Source of the DNA: Klebsormidium nitens | Taxonomy: Eukaryota; Plantae; Klebsormidiophyceae | Assembly: GCA_000708835.1 (NCBI GenBank) | Contig: DF236990.1 | Span: forward strand, 1 to 64,000 | Direction of reading: 5' to 3' | Length of the DNA: 64,000 bases | In this document: positions 63,701 through 64,000 of the stretch, piece after piece | Layout of the letters: every line of letters begins with the position of its first letter | How positions within the stretch are numbered: position 1 is the first letter of the stretch | Made by a program: the position numbers and the translations under genes | The notes under the pieces: model-generated | What the model saw: only the letters and a program-made list of their open reading frames with translations | Database searches by the model: none | Told to the model about the DNA's origin: nothing

Positions 63701-64000
63701 CAAATATGCTTGAGATCAGAAAATGACCGGAAACACATCAATCGAAGCATTTCTGCTCAGGCTTCTGCAGGATGCAAGCACTGAATGTTGCGTTAATCAC
63801 ACCCTCATAGAATTAAGCAAATCGCAGAGGGTTCCCGAGCTCACCATCTCCTTCTCCTGGGCGGTCTTGGTAAAGATGTAGTCGAGCACTCTGGGAATGA
63901 GACCTCTGAGCTCAGAACTTGAGGGGTTCGGAGATCGATTCAATCCTTGCGTCACGTTGCTGACTTCCGCGTAGTCAGACGTTGGCCCTGCAGACCCCCA
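51757..64000 (-). CDS. KIN12: Kinesin-12 (KIF15/KLP2-like) motor with very long coiled-coil tail; 5' end lies outside the window
   Basis: 22 exons in the window (~1874 codons): 63987-63845, 63667-63532, 63243-63098, 62942-62775, 62552-62484, 62314-62104, 61863-61646, 61191-61014, 60711-60510, 60295-60139, 59868-59749, 59473-59309, 58944-58231, 57943-57830, 57467-57326, 57068-56869, 56392-56261, 55936-55847, 55327-54894, 54326-52691, 52323-52212, 51893-51757. Motifs: [82 protein letters not shown], and the KIF15-type [19 protein letters not shown] segment. Confidence 0.9.
53820..54044 (-). repeat. 75-bp x3 coding tandem repeat (25 aa) in the kinesin-12 tail
   Basis: [25 protein letters not shown] / [25 protein letters not shown] / [25 protein letters not shown]. 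Units start at 53820, 53895 and 53970. Confidence 0.9.

Noticed and set aside
976-64000. The seven genes as a functional cluster
   Set aside because: Their functions (B12 uptake, peroxisome import, glycosylation, mitosis, ubiquitination, photoprotection) share no pathway, and the orientation pattern is unremarkable.

Overview
This is eukaryotic nuclear DNA: gene-dense, intron-rich, roughly 50-55% GC, with one assembly gap. Gene content (flavodiiron FLVA, CBA1-like B12-binding protein, plant-type PEX13, DUF616 and kinesin-6) suggests a streptophyte green alga such as Klebsormidium, which is inference only. I reconstructed seven spliced genes by hand with phase-consistent GT/GC-AG junctions: CBA1-like (-, 976-5985), PEX13 (+, 7806-10047), a DUF616 glycosyltransferase-like gene (-, 11546-17183), a very long divergent kinesin-6 (+, 18815-31991, one apparent frameshift in a G-run), an RNF4/STUbL-like RING gene (-, 35230-38012), flavodiiron FLVA (-, 39606-49116) and a 5'-truncated kinesin-12/KIF15-like gene (-, 51757->64000). 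Mobile DNA consists of two related PIF/Harbinger-type MITEs upstream of genes and one Stowaway-like MITE in an intron. Two patterns are not explained by these features. First, introns in three different genes carry 110-185 bp tandem duplications anchored on a splice site, leaving arrays of decayed decoy acceptors or donors. Second, most intergenic spacers contain islands rich in short palindromes and alternating purine-pyrimidine runs, and two of them share ordered motifs. I found no support for tRNA, rRNA or CRISPR, and no evidence of a multi-gene functional system. All alignments were done by eye.
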